NCBI GenBank assembly: GCA_043827025.1
Contig: JBDRPL010000006.1
Coordinates: 1 to 64,000, forward strand
DNA from: Candidatus Micrarchaeota archaeon
GTDB taxonomy: Archaea > Micrarchaeota > Micrarchaeia > Anstonellales > Bilamarchaeaceae
Direction: 5' to 3'
DNA: 64,000 nucleotides
Position numbers and translations under genes: made by a program. Position 1 is the stretch's first letter; each line of letters opens with the position of its first letter. The notes beneath the pieces are model-generated. The model was given only the letters and a program-made list of their open reading frames with translations. It was not told where the DNA came from and did not search any database. Shown here piece by piece: positions 9,124 through 17,050 of the stretch.

Positions 9124-10302
9124 ATGATAAATCTCGAATTCAACCGAAAGACTAAAGATATACGTGTCAAGGAAGCATCTGACGTAAGCTCATTGCAGAA
9201 TGGATGCTATGGCACGATGAAGAAAGGCATAATTTATCTCCAACCTGAAGAAGTCCTTTACATAATGGACATAAGGAATGGGGAATGCCGGGATGAGGCA
9301 GGCAATATCTATTCTTTTAATGAGATTGCTTCTCTTTTTGCAGAGGATTCCAAATTCCTGGCGCGTTATCTTACCTATAAGGATTGGAGAGACAAGGGGC
9401 TCATACTACGGCCTGTTGAAGAGGCTGAGGGTAAACAATACGGCCACCATTCTGTCAAGAATTACAAGAAGTCTGAAATGAAACTTGATCGATATGCTTT
9501 TGATGGCATCTTTTTTCCAGACGATCTGATTACAATTGTTGATGATGCCTATGCAGGAAAGGAGTTGTATGAGAAGTATTGGCTTGGCCAATTTGGTACG
9601 TACAAGGCTTCCCACAGGGGAAAGATTTCAAAACTTGATGTCTATGAAACAATCTTCCTTCTGAAGCATGGCAGTCTCAGATTGAAGAATTCAACACTCA
9701 ATAAAGTCATGGCAGCAGCTGATGAGAGGATCAAATTCTTTGATGATATGTATTCTGTCTATGAGGACTGGAGAATCAGGAATTATGTTATCAAAACAGG
9801 TTTCAAATTCGGAACTCATTTTAGGATCTATTTCCCAGGTGCATCACCAATTCGTGATGAGAAGCAATGGATACATTCCAAACATGTCATTCATGTTTTC
9901 TCAAGAAGAAGCAAGATGATAATCTCAGAATGGTCTCGTGCTATAAGGGTAGCCCATTCAGTGAAAAAGACATTCATTCTCGCCATTCCTGGAAAAAAGA
10001 CAGAGATAAAAATAAATCCAAAGAAATCAAGGCTTGATTTTCTTGCTTATCACCGGAAAAATGGGAATATAGAAAAGCCAACTGATGGCAAGCCAAAATA
10101 TATGATGTACTCTCTTACAGAAGACGAATATATAGGTGGAACAGAGCTGGCGAATGCATTGGCAGAATGTGACCATTATGGTTTGGAGATGCTCATGGCC
10201 ATTTCAGACAGAGAGAGTTCTGTCACATGTTATGCTATAAAGAGAATCAATCTTCCAGGATCGGATTATGAATATTTTGAGATTGACTGGGTCCAGCCTT
10301 AA
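9124..10302 (+). CDS. endA: tRNA splicing endonuclease, three-unit epsilon2 (ARMAN)-like
   Basis: Catalytic unit KTGFKFGTHFRIY..HSKH..IRVAHSVKK; duplicated N-terminal unit (PEEVLY..YKDWRDKG); GTYKASH loop; 392 aa. Confidence 0.92.
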   Translation: MINLEFNRKTKDIRVKEASDVSSLQNGCYGTMKKGIIYLQPEEVLYIMDIRNGECRDEAGNIYSFNEIASLFAEDSKFLARYLTYKDWRDKGLILRPVEEAEGKQYGHHSVKNYKKSEMKLDRYAFDGIFFPDDLITIVDDAYAGKELYEKYWLGQFGTYKASHRGKISKLDVYETIFLLKHGSLRLKNSTLNKVMAAADERIKFFDDMYSVYEDWRIRNYVIKTGFKFGTHFRIYFPGASPIRDEKQWIHSKHVIHVFSRRSKMIISEWSRAIRVAHSVKKTFILAIPGKKTEIKINPKKSRLDFLAYHRKNGNIEKPTDGKPKYMMYSLTEDEYIGGTELANALAECDHYGLEMLMAISDRESSVTCYAIKRINLPGSDYEYFEIDWVQP

Positions 10303-10994
10303 TATAAAAGTGTTGGAACTGCGCTTAGTTTTCCACTATATTCCGGTTTCAATCCCAAGATTCCATCAGGGCCTATGCTTAAAATATTGACCGGTGTGCC
10401 TTTGGCTTGAATATAAAAGTACGCCCTTCCATTGTCAATATATGCTCCTGCAAACGCATTTTCACGGTTTAATTTTGAGTACTCGTCATATTTTTTTGGA
10501 TATAGTTTTTTGAAGGCCCTGAGTATAAATGAAGTATAAACAGGGTCCTGGGCTTTTTTGGATAGTTCCTGAACCTTATTTTCAGCTATAAGTTTTGAAA
10601 TATTCAGTGAAACATCTATGACATATTTTTCCGCACTGCTAACACTGATCTCTCCCTTTTCATTTTCATAAATTGCAAGAACCAAATCCTTATTGTGTTT
10701 CAAAAACAATGTGCCATTTTGCATATCCAAACTTAAGGCAAGCTTTTCAAAATTTAATCCGGATACTAAAGTTCCTTCACCCTGTTCTTTTAATTTATTC
10801 CTGATCTGAGCATGTATTGCTGGATTTTTGAGGTCAACCTGGAGAACTTTTTTATGGGCATGGAATGTTTGGAGACAAACGTCAGTCCATCTCATAGGAT
10901 CGGCAATACCCTTGGTTCGCCTGGAGATCTCTTCGTACATAAACTTTACGTTGCCATTAAATTCTTCGAATTCATTTTTTTGAGCTTGGGCCAT
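10299..10994 (-). CDS. Hypothetical protein (orphan)
   Basis: 231-aa ORF; TTTTAAA TATA about 22 nt upstream, abutting the IS end. Confidence 0.6.
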   Translation of the reverse strand: MAQAQKNEFEEFNGNVKFMYEEISRRTKGIADPMRWTDVCLQTFHAHKKVLQVDLKNPAIHAQIRNKLKEQGEGTLVSGLNFEKLALSLDMQNGTLFLKHNKDLVLAIYENEKGEISVSSAEKYVIDVSLNISKLIAENKVQELSKKAQDPVYTSFILRAFKKLYPKKYDEYSKLNRENAFAGAYIDNGRAYFYIQAKGTPVNILSIGPDGILGLKPEYSGKLSAVPTLLY

Positions 10995-11022
10995 AATTAC
11001 ATATTGGATAAAAACGTTTAAA

Positions 11023-11548
11023 ATGAACTACCCAACCGCAGCAAGCTGCGGGGTATCAACTGAATTCGTGTAATTTCAACTGCTTTGGATCTTCTCCTTG
11101 ATTCTTCACATATTTTGTTACTTCTTCAAGACCTCTGCCATCACCTACTGTGTCAATGTGGCCACCATCACTCCAGAATTCACTACCCAATAGCTCATCT
11201 TTTATCTCTGGAAACTGCTTGAATATTTTAATGGCAAGAACACTCTTACATATCTGCATTACTCTTGAAGGTGCATATCTAGGTGCAGCTTCAACTACAA
11301 TATGCAGATGATTTTTATCACTGCCTAAAGCATCAAAACGGAAGTAATATCTTTCTTCAATACCTTTGCATACTTCCTTGATAAGCTCAAAAACATCATC
11401 AGAGATAAGAGTTTTTCTGTATTTCAGTACAAAAACCATGTGGTATCTTATTCGGTAAGTACAATGAGGTGCATGTTTAACTTCCATGATATATTCACGC
11501 AGAAAAAAAGATAAGAAACTGTCGCTGCAAGCAGCGGGGTATTAACCC
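11023..11548 (-). mobile_element. IS200-type insertion sequence (tnpA only)
   Basis: Subterminal hairpins TACCCCGCTGCTTGCAGCG (left) and TACCCCGCAGCTTGCTGCGG (right) on the minus strand; the right end finishes GTAGTTCAT and the left end is preceded by TTCAT. Confidence 0.85.
11056..11487 (-). CDS. tnpA: IS200/IS605-family HUH (Y1) transposase
   Basis: YHMVFVLKYR, NHLHIVV (HUH), FWSDG and KYVKNQ (catalytic Tyr). Confidence 0.95.
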   Translation of the reverse strand: MEVKHAPHCTYRIRYHMVFVLKYRKTLISDDVFELIKEVCKGIEERYYFRFDALGSDKNHLHIVVEAAPRYAPSRVMQICKSVLAIKIFKQFPEIKDELLGSEFWSDGGHIDTVGDGRGLEEVTKYVKNQGEDPKQLKLHEFS

Positions 11549-11550
11549 AT

Positions 11551-11628
11551 GAACCGCTACAGGGAGCTTTCAGGGGGGAGGATCAGGAGGAACCTCAAAC
11601 TGAGGAGGGGCGCTCCCCTCCGCGGTTC
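11551..11628. other. GC-rich multi-stem structure (candidate ncRNA or non-autonomous element)
   Basis: GAACCGC/GCGGTTC closing stem, GGGAGC/GCTCCC, CCTCA/TGAGG and GAGGGG/CCCCTC pairings in an AT-rich context. Confidence 0.45.
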
Positions 11629-11639
11629 GGAATAAAATA

Positions 11640-11822
11640 CGGGCCCGATGTGATTTTAACTTCGCGCTTGCTCGTTAAAAAGTCGCAAACAAGTTCGCGA
11701 TGATTTGAACACATGACCTTCACCTTTCTTCGACCTCAAAAATTGTTTTTGGGTCTAAAAGCCTTTTTTCTAAAAAGGCTTTTTAGGAGAGTGTCGCTCT
11801 ATCCAAGCTGAGCTACGGGCCC
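11640..11822 (-). tRNA. tRNA-Arg(CCT) with two introns (37/38: 11783-11726, 58 nt; about 59/60: 11703-11654, 50 nt)
   Basis: Acceptor GGGCCCG/CGGGCCC, D-arm GCTC/GAGC, CT-CCT-A loop, T-arm ATGTG-TTCAAAT-CACAT after intron removal; relaxed BHB motifs. Confidence 0.88.
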
Positions 11823-11912
11823 ATTGTACATACTGAACCCGAGATCGAATAACTTCCGATCTTTTTGATGAAACTTTTTAGGCATCCCGAAAAAGTTTCT
11901 GCTACGGGCCCA
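11812..11912. repeat. 12-bp direct repeat (gctacgggccca) of the tRNA 5' end enclosing two hairpins
   Basis: Copies at 11812-11823 and 11901-11912; IR GAAACTTTTT/AAAAAGTTTC (11870-11899) and GATCGAA/TCCGATC between them. Confidence 0.85.
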
Positions 11913-11975
11913 CATACATATGTGTTAAAAACTCTTCATGGAATGTTTTATAAAAGATGTTTTTTTGGTGAAATC

Positions 11976-12731
11976 ATGGTTCCTGAGCTTGCAGAGCTTG
12001 TAAAGTCGTCGATCGAGCAGACTCTCGAGGATAAAATCGCAGTTGCATTCTCCGGTGGGTTGGACAGTGGCATTATTGCTCATGTTGCAAAGAAGTATGC
12101 ACAAGTCTCTTTATTCACTGCAGGTGTTGAAACTTCCCAGGATATTGCCTATGCTAAAAAGGCAGCAGAAGAGATGAAACTTCCACTCCACAAGCTAATT
12201 TTTGGTGAACCTGAGATATTGGATCTTTATGTAAAGTGCTATGAAATCGTTCCAGGGGATCTTCTCAAAACAGAGCTATTGGTACCAGCCTATAAAATCG
12301 CAGAATCCTGCAAGCACGGAAATGATGTGCTTTTGTTCGGAAGCGGTGCTGAAGAACTATTTGTTGGCTATGAAAGATATTATACTTACAAGGAAGAAGG
12401 CAAGGATTTGGACGCAATACTCAAGGAAGAATTCAGTTCGCTTCAGAAAAGGGAAATCACATGGATAACTAAGGTGTGTAGGAAGTTCGGGGTTGAAGCA
12501 AGATTCCCGTTCTATAACCGAAAACTATTCGAATTTGTTTCAACAATTCCTCTTGAGATGAGAATGACTGAAAGGGAATTGAAGAAAGGCCTTTTGAGGG
12601 ATGCAGCCAAATTCTTAGGTTTGCCAAAGATAATGCTTGAAAGAAAGAAGAAAGCAATGCAATATGGTTCTGGGATACATAATCTTTTGCTGAAGCATTC
12701 ACATGAACTGGTGGGAAGCAGACCTCAATAA
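11976..12731 (+). CDS. Asparagine synthase C-terminal-domain protein (no glutaminase domain)
   Basis: AFSGGLDS, GSGAEELFVGY, RKKKAMQYGSG; start after a GGTGA SD. Confidence 0.85.
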   Translation: MVPELAELVKSSIEQTLEDKIAVAFSGGLDSGIIAHVAKKYAQVSLFTAGVETSQDIAYAKKAAEEMKLPLHKLIFGEPEILDLYVKCYEIVPGDLLKTELLVPAYKIAESCKHGNDVLLFGSGAEELFVGYERYYTYKEEGKDLDAILKEEFSSLQKREITWITKVCRKFGVEARFPFYNRKLFEFVSTIPLEMRMTERELKKGLLRDAAKFLGLPKIMLERKKKAMQYGSGIHNLLLKHSHELVGSRPQ

Positions 12732-12746
12732 AAAACCCTAATGGAT

Positions 12747-14210
12747 TTAACTCAAAATCAGGTCTGCGATCCTTTCTGCACTGAACCTTTCCAGGTCCCC
12801 GTATCCTTGCCCGGTGCCAAGGTAGATTATGGGAACGCCGGTTATCTTTGAGATGGAAAGCACTGAGCCTCCCTTGGCATCACAATCCAATTTGGTGAGC
12901 ACGACCCCGTCAATGCCGATATTCTCCTTGAAGACAGACACCTGTTCTATTATTGCATTTCCTGCAATACTCTCGCCAACATAAAGCTTCAAATCCGGCT
13001 TTATCACACGTTCCATTTTCTTTAGTTCATTAATGAGATTAAGGTTGGTGTCCTGCCTTCCGGCAGTATCTATCAATACAACATCAATCTGATGCGCCTT
13101 TGAATAATTTACAGCATCATATGCAACTGCTGTAGGGTCAGCACCATAATCCCTTTTGATTATGTGCACCCCGAGCCTTTCAGCATGGACAGACATCTGT
13201 TCTATTGCAGCTGCCCTGAAGGTGTCTGCTGCTGCAAACACTACTTTGTAATTGTTATCAAGAAGCATCCTCGCTATTTTACCTATGGTTGTTGTCTTGC
13301 CAGCACCATTTGTCCCAAGGACCATTATCTTCACTGGTTTCTCAGCAGTCTTGACAAACTCAAGGATATCTACTCCTTCCTTATCAAGAGAAATTGTACT
13401 AATGATAGTGTCTTTGATAACTTTCTTGACAAAATCATTGATCTCGTTTTTCTTGACCTTTTCACCAACCAGCCTTTTGCCTAAATCTTCTTTCATGGAT
13501 TCTGCAACTTCAATTGCAACATCACTTTCAAGTAAATCCAATTCAAGTTCATCCAGCAATTCCTTCACATCTCCTTCAGAAATATCAATAGTTCCTGTGA
13601 ATACGCTTTTCACTTGTTTGAGTATCCCTACTTTAAGCAGAGATTCCTCTTTTTCATGCTTTTTAGGCTCTTCTTTTACAATTAGTTTAGGGGCCTCTTC
13701 GATCTCTTCAGGTATTTTCCCAATTTTTTCTTTCACAGGTTCTGGTTTTCTTGTTTCAGGCTCTTTCTTGCCAGCTATTATATTCTTGAATGATTCGAAA
13801 AGCCCTGATTTCTTAGGCTCCTCTTTTACAATTGGTTTTGGAGTTTGTTCTATATTTTCTTTTTTCTTGACAGTTTTTGAGAATTCATCAGCGCTTATGG
13901 CCTTATCAAAATCAAATTTCAGTTTTTTCGCAGGAGCTTCTTCTGTTTCTTCCTTGATTTTCTCAGCTTTGGCAGGCTTCTCTTGTTTCGCAATTTTTTC
14001 CGCCTTATGGACTTTTTTTTCAATTTTTTCGTGCTTGGATTTTTTAGTTTCCCCTGGACGTTCAACAATTAGCTCCTTTTTAAGTTCTTTTGATGGCTTA
14101 GGCTCTTCGTCAATTTCTTCAGGTTCAACTTTTTCTACGGGCTTCTCTTCCTCTTTCTTAGTCAGCTTGTCTATGAAACCAGTCAATTTTTTCTTCAGAA
14201 GCCCGAACAA
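12747..14210 (-). CDS. ftsY: SRP receptor FtsY with a long charged N-terminal region
   Basis: GTNGAGKTTT, DTFRAAA, DTAGR and TKLDCDAKGG motifs. Confidence 0.96.
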   Translation of the reverse strand: MFGLLKKKLTGFIDKLTKKEEEKPVEKVEPEEIDEEPKPSKELKKELIVERPGETKKSKHEKIEKKVHKAEKIAKQEKPAKAEKIKEETEEAPAKKLKFDFDKAISADEFSKTVKKKENIEQTPKPIVKEEPKKSGLFESFKNIIAGKKEPETRKPEPVKEKIGKIPEEIEEAPKLIVKEEPKKHEKEESLLKVGILKQVKSVFTGTIDISEGDVKELLDELELDLLESDVAIEVAESMKEDLGKRLVGEKVKKNEINDFVKKVIKDTIISTISLDKEGVDILEFVKTAEKPVKIMVLGTNGAGKTTTIGKIARMLLDNNYKVVFAAADTFRAAAIEQMSVHAERLGVHIIKRDYGADPTAVAYDAVNYSKAHQIDVVLIDTAGRQDTNLNLINELKKMERVIKPDLKLYVGESIAGNAIIEQVSVFKENIGIDGVVLTKLDCDAKGGSVLSISKITGVPIIYLGTGQGYGDLERFSAERIADLILS

Positions 14211-14230
14211 TGCAGAACACCCTGGGCTGT

Positions 14231-14668
14231 TTATATGTAGTCTTCGCCTAGGTTTTCTTCGACCTGTTTGTTGATCTGTGCAGCAGTTTTCAATTCTCTC
14301 AGCCTTTCTGTGGTTGTTATAAGCTGGTGTGAAATTTCTCTGTATTTTTTGGCAAGCTCTTCAACAGCCTTTTTTGTTGCCTCTATCCTTCTCCTTAATT
14401 CACGTGAGGCCATCTCAGCATCCATTTCTGTCATATATCCTGCTCCGATCGGTATGAGTATCTTTGTATTATACACATTGGCTTTTATGTAGGCTCCGCC
14501 GCCTATTGGCACAAGCGAATCCTCTACCTCCAGCCTTTTTGCAGTGTTTTCTGCATTTATGAGGTCTAGGTTGGTGAGGCTGACCCTGTCAACTTCCTTT
14601 TGTATGAGCCTGAGCTGTTCTTCGTAGACTCTTCTTTCATACATCAGTGCATTTGGCTCGTTTTTCAT
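14231..14668 (-). CDS. pfdA: Prefoldin alpha subunit
   Basis: LVPIGGGAYI...IPIGAGY hairpins between coiled coils; conserved operon position. Confidence 0.9.
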   Translation of the reverse strand: MKNEPNALMYERRVYEEQLRLIQKEVDRVSLTNLDLINAENTAKRLEVEDSLVPIGGGAYIKANVYNTKILIPIGAGYMTEMDAEMASRELRRRIEATKKAVEELAKKYREISHQLITTTERLRELKTAAQINKQVEENLGEDYI

Positions 14669-14844
14669 TATGCCACCTTCTGCACTTTTCCTATAATGAC
14701 TTCTCTTCTCGAAAGCCTATTGGTGGATCCGAAGAGCGCATAGGTTTTGTCTCTTGCATCCTTTTCGCTCTTTGCCTCGATTTCTTTTTCGAACACTCTT
14801 TTTTGATCCTTAAATTTCAATTGTCCTGAAACATTGAATTTCAT
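14668..14844 (-). CDS. rpl18a: 50S ribosomal protein L18a/eL20 (LX)
   Basis: F.KEIEA.SEKDARDK.YALFGS..RLSRR; operon position. Confidence 0.88.
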   Translation of the reverse strand: MKFNVSGQLKFKDQKRVFEKEIEAKSEKDARDKTYALFGSTNRLSRREVIIGKVQKVA

Positions 14845-14875
14845 ATATTCACCTTTGTTTATCATGATTATTAGA

Positions 14876-15535
14876 TTATAAAAATCCAAGCGATTCCTCG
14901 ATTCTGCCGAGTTCGTGCGCAGTTGTCTCTTCGCCTGCAACATACCCCTTGTCATTTGCAGTTAGCCCTACTGACACGAAGCCTACACCCTTGTTCACTG
15001 TGCCCTTATTGCCATCTACGCCCAATACAGACCTTAGGAATTCCAATTCCTTGTCATTTGCAGCATAGTTGGTGAAGAATCCTTTGTTGTTGCAGATGCA
15101 ACAACTCCCTACGGTGGAATGTCCTGCTATTTTTGTTTCTATGAGTTCTACCCCGAGTACATCTTCGATCTTCTTCTTTTCTTCCATGTTGACAAATCCA
15201 TTTACAATTCCTTTTTTGTCATTCACTGCGATATTATTGCCAAGCGCATTGTTCTTTTCACTTGAAACATGCACATTCATGCCTAATTGTTTTATCATCT
15301 TTATTTCGGCCTGTGTTGTTATGTTTGGAAGCACTATGCCATTCGAGTTCATCAAGACATATGCTCCAATAAGGTTGGTGTTTCCTATTGTGGTGTGCAC
15401 AAGTTCTGTCTTTAGGCTTTCTTTTATCTTCTGCCCTAGTTTTTCCGGACAGTCTGCAGGAACCAGCGAAAGCTTGTTGTTCGAGCGTATGAATAATCCC
15501 AACCAGGGATTCCCGTAATATATGCCTGTTTTCAT
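14876..15535 (-). CDS. eif6: Translation initiation factor 6
   Basis: GNPWLG, NSNG, GNNIAVND, GTVNKG, TTAHELGRIE. Confidence 0.95.
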   Translation of the reverse strand: MKTGIYYGNPWLGLFIRSNNKLSLVPADCPEKLGQKIKESLKTELVHTTIGNTNLIGAYVLMNSNGIVLPNITTQAEIKMIKQLGMNVHVSSEKNNALGNNIAVNDKKGIVNGFVNMEEKKKIEDVLGVELIETKIAGHSTVGSCCICNNKGFFTNYAANDKELEFLRSVLGVDGNKGTVNKGVGFVSVGLTANDKGYVAGEETTAHELGRIEESLGFL

Positions 15536-15933
15536 TTCTTTTCTTCCTTCTTTTCATTGCCTGTGCTTGTCGGACCTTTCTGCTCCTTTGCAGGCTTAGG
15601 CGGTTCCGTTGTTTTCTCCTCTTTCTTCTGCTCGTTTGCCCCTTCCTTTTTTTCCGCCTTTTTAGTTTCCTTTTCTATTTTTTCATCAGGAAGATAAACG
15701 CTTGCCACTCCATCTCTAACTATGACCCTTACCTTTATTTTTCTTGGAGGTTTTTCTATACCTCTGCACCATACTGAGCTGTTCAGGGCATTGCTGAGCT
15801 TTACATCGTCCGCCTTTGTGCTCTTTCCGATGAAATCGCGCAGTATTTTCACAGTCCTTTCAGTTCTCCTAGTCCTAGTGTACTCATAGGATTTTGTAAG
15901 ATTTACATTGATAACTTTTTCAACATCAGCCAT
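15532..15933 (-). CDS. rpl31e: 50S ribosomal protein L31e with a charged C-terminal tail
   Basis: LN..VW.RGIEKPPRKIKVR. Confidence 0.92.
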   Translation of the reverse strand: MADVEKVINVNLTKSYEYTRTRRTERTVKILRDFIGKSTKADDVKLSNALNSSVWCRGIEKPPRKIKVRVIVRDGVASVYLPDEKIEKETKKAEKKEGANEQKKEEKTTEPPKPAKEQKGPTSTGNEKKEEKK

Positions 15934-15942
15934 TCGAATCAC

Positions 15943-16095
15943 CTAATCCTTGATTTTATCCCTTCTCCAGTTCCTTCTGCTGTTGTTTGCCTGGACTTTT
16001 CTTTTTGTCCTTATTGTGACGAATATCGGAAGCCTTCGATTCTGCTTCTTTGCCTTTGCAAGGCGCCCTTTCTTTTCTGAATCCTTTTTACTCAT
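15943..16095 (-). CDS. rpl39e: 50S ribosomal protein L39e
   Basis: RLAKAKKQNRRLP...RRNWRR. Confidence 0.92.
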   Translation of the reverse strand: MSKKDSEKKGRLAKAKKQNRRLPIFVTIRTKRKVQANNSRRNWRRDKIKD

Positions 16096-16121
16096 AAAAT
16101 TCCCTCGTGAATATTCTATTT

Positions 16122-16412
16122 TCATTTCCTGTTGAATGTTATAGTTGGCTGCCTTTCTTTTTCAGAAAGGAGCGTCTTGAGGATCTGCTTCAATTCCTCG
16201 TCATTGATTTGTCTTTCTATTCTTTTATATATTGTGATTATGTTCTTCGCAGCCCCGAAATACAGGTCTTTGTTTGCGACCTTTACATTCGTTATCCGGC
16301 TATAAGCATCTTCGGTGAGGGCTGCCCTGAGGAGGCCATTTATTTTTTCTTCGACTTTTTTAGCCTCTTCGCGTTCGTTGGAGCCTTTCTGCTCTTCATT
16401 CTGTTCAGGCAT
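16122..16412 (-). CDS. PDCD5-like double-stranded DNA-binding protein
   Basis: LR..LTEDAYSRI.NVK.AN; I.DEELKQIL; conserved position after rps19e. Confidence 0.8.
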   Translation of the reverse strand: MPEQNEEQKGSNEREEAKKVEEKINGLLRAALTEDAYSRITNVKVANKDLYFGAAKNIITIYKRIERQINDEELKQILKTLLSEKERQPTITFNRK

Positions 16413-16812
16413 TCATGATCTCCTTTGCTATCTGGTCCATGAGTTTTCTTCCCTTTGCGCTCAGTTCCCTTCCCCGTTTGGTCTTTACCAGGTATCCTGC
16501 AGTTTCAAGTCCCTGCAAAGCCTTTCTTATGGTTGAACCTCCAGTAGGTCTGTGGTGTTCTGGGGCGAGTCCGTTCTTCTTTCTTCCGCCATAGTGCCTT
16601 CTCATCCTTTGAGTTCCTATGTGGGTATTCACATATGCTTGTCTCATAAGGGATGCGCACCTAATCTGCCAAAAGTTGCTTTGTTCTGGCGGTCGTTCGC
16701 AGTGCGGACCAGTCTTCACAAGCCCTACGAATTCCGGCTTTTTTATTTCTGAGAGCTTTTCAGCGAGTTTGCTGATCAATTCGTTAGGATCTACGTCTAA
16801 TGCTGTTACCAT
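16405..16812 (-). CDS. rps19e: 30S ribosomal protein S19e
   Basis: VKTG...ERPP, YGGRK, IRKALQGLE.AG. Confidence 0.96.
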   Translation of the reverse strand: MVTALDVDPNELISKLAEKLSEIKKPEFVGLVKTGPHCERPPEQSNFWQIRCASLMRQAYVNTHIGTQRMRRHYGGRKKNGLAPEHHRPTGGSTIRKALQGLETAGYLVKTKRGRELSAKGRKLMDQIAKEIMNA

Positions 16813-16910
16813 TCATTATCACCATATTTTTTTCATTTCTATTCCTAATCTATGCTTAAAATAGGAGTATAAACTCTAAATACATCAATTTTAAAAGATA
16901 TTTATTCTTG

Positions 16911-16961
16911 ATCGGAATCCTCAGATTCCGATGCTGAAAAATTTTTTATTAAAATTTTTCA
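16911..16961. repeat. Two tandem perfect inverted repeats in the divergent rps19e/serA-like promoter region
   Basis: ATCGGAATC-ctca-GATTCCGAT and TGAAAAATTTT-ttatt-AAAATTTTTCA. Confidence 0.8.
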
Positions 16962-17050
16962 CTCCTTTTTTTGCCTTCATTGTTATTCTTTGTGTCGAAT
17001 CGGATATTTTTCCGTTCATTTTTTATTATTTTGCGTTAAACATCTATTTT

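Noticed and set aside
11023..11628. TnpB/omegaRNA (OMEGA) system
   Set aside because: No tnpB or iscB ORF; the GC-rich structure lies outside the left end, not at the right end
13252..14274. 340-aa plus-strand ORF
   Set aside because: Ser/Phe-rich antisense shadow of the Lys/Glu-rich ftsY; the same applies to most short antisense ORFs in the track (e.g. 877-1566, 32905-33501, 57117-57671)
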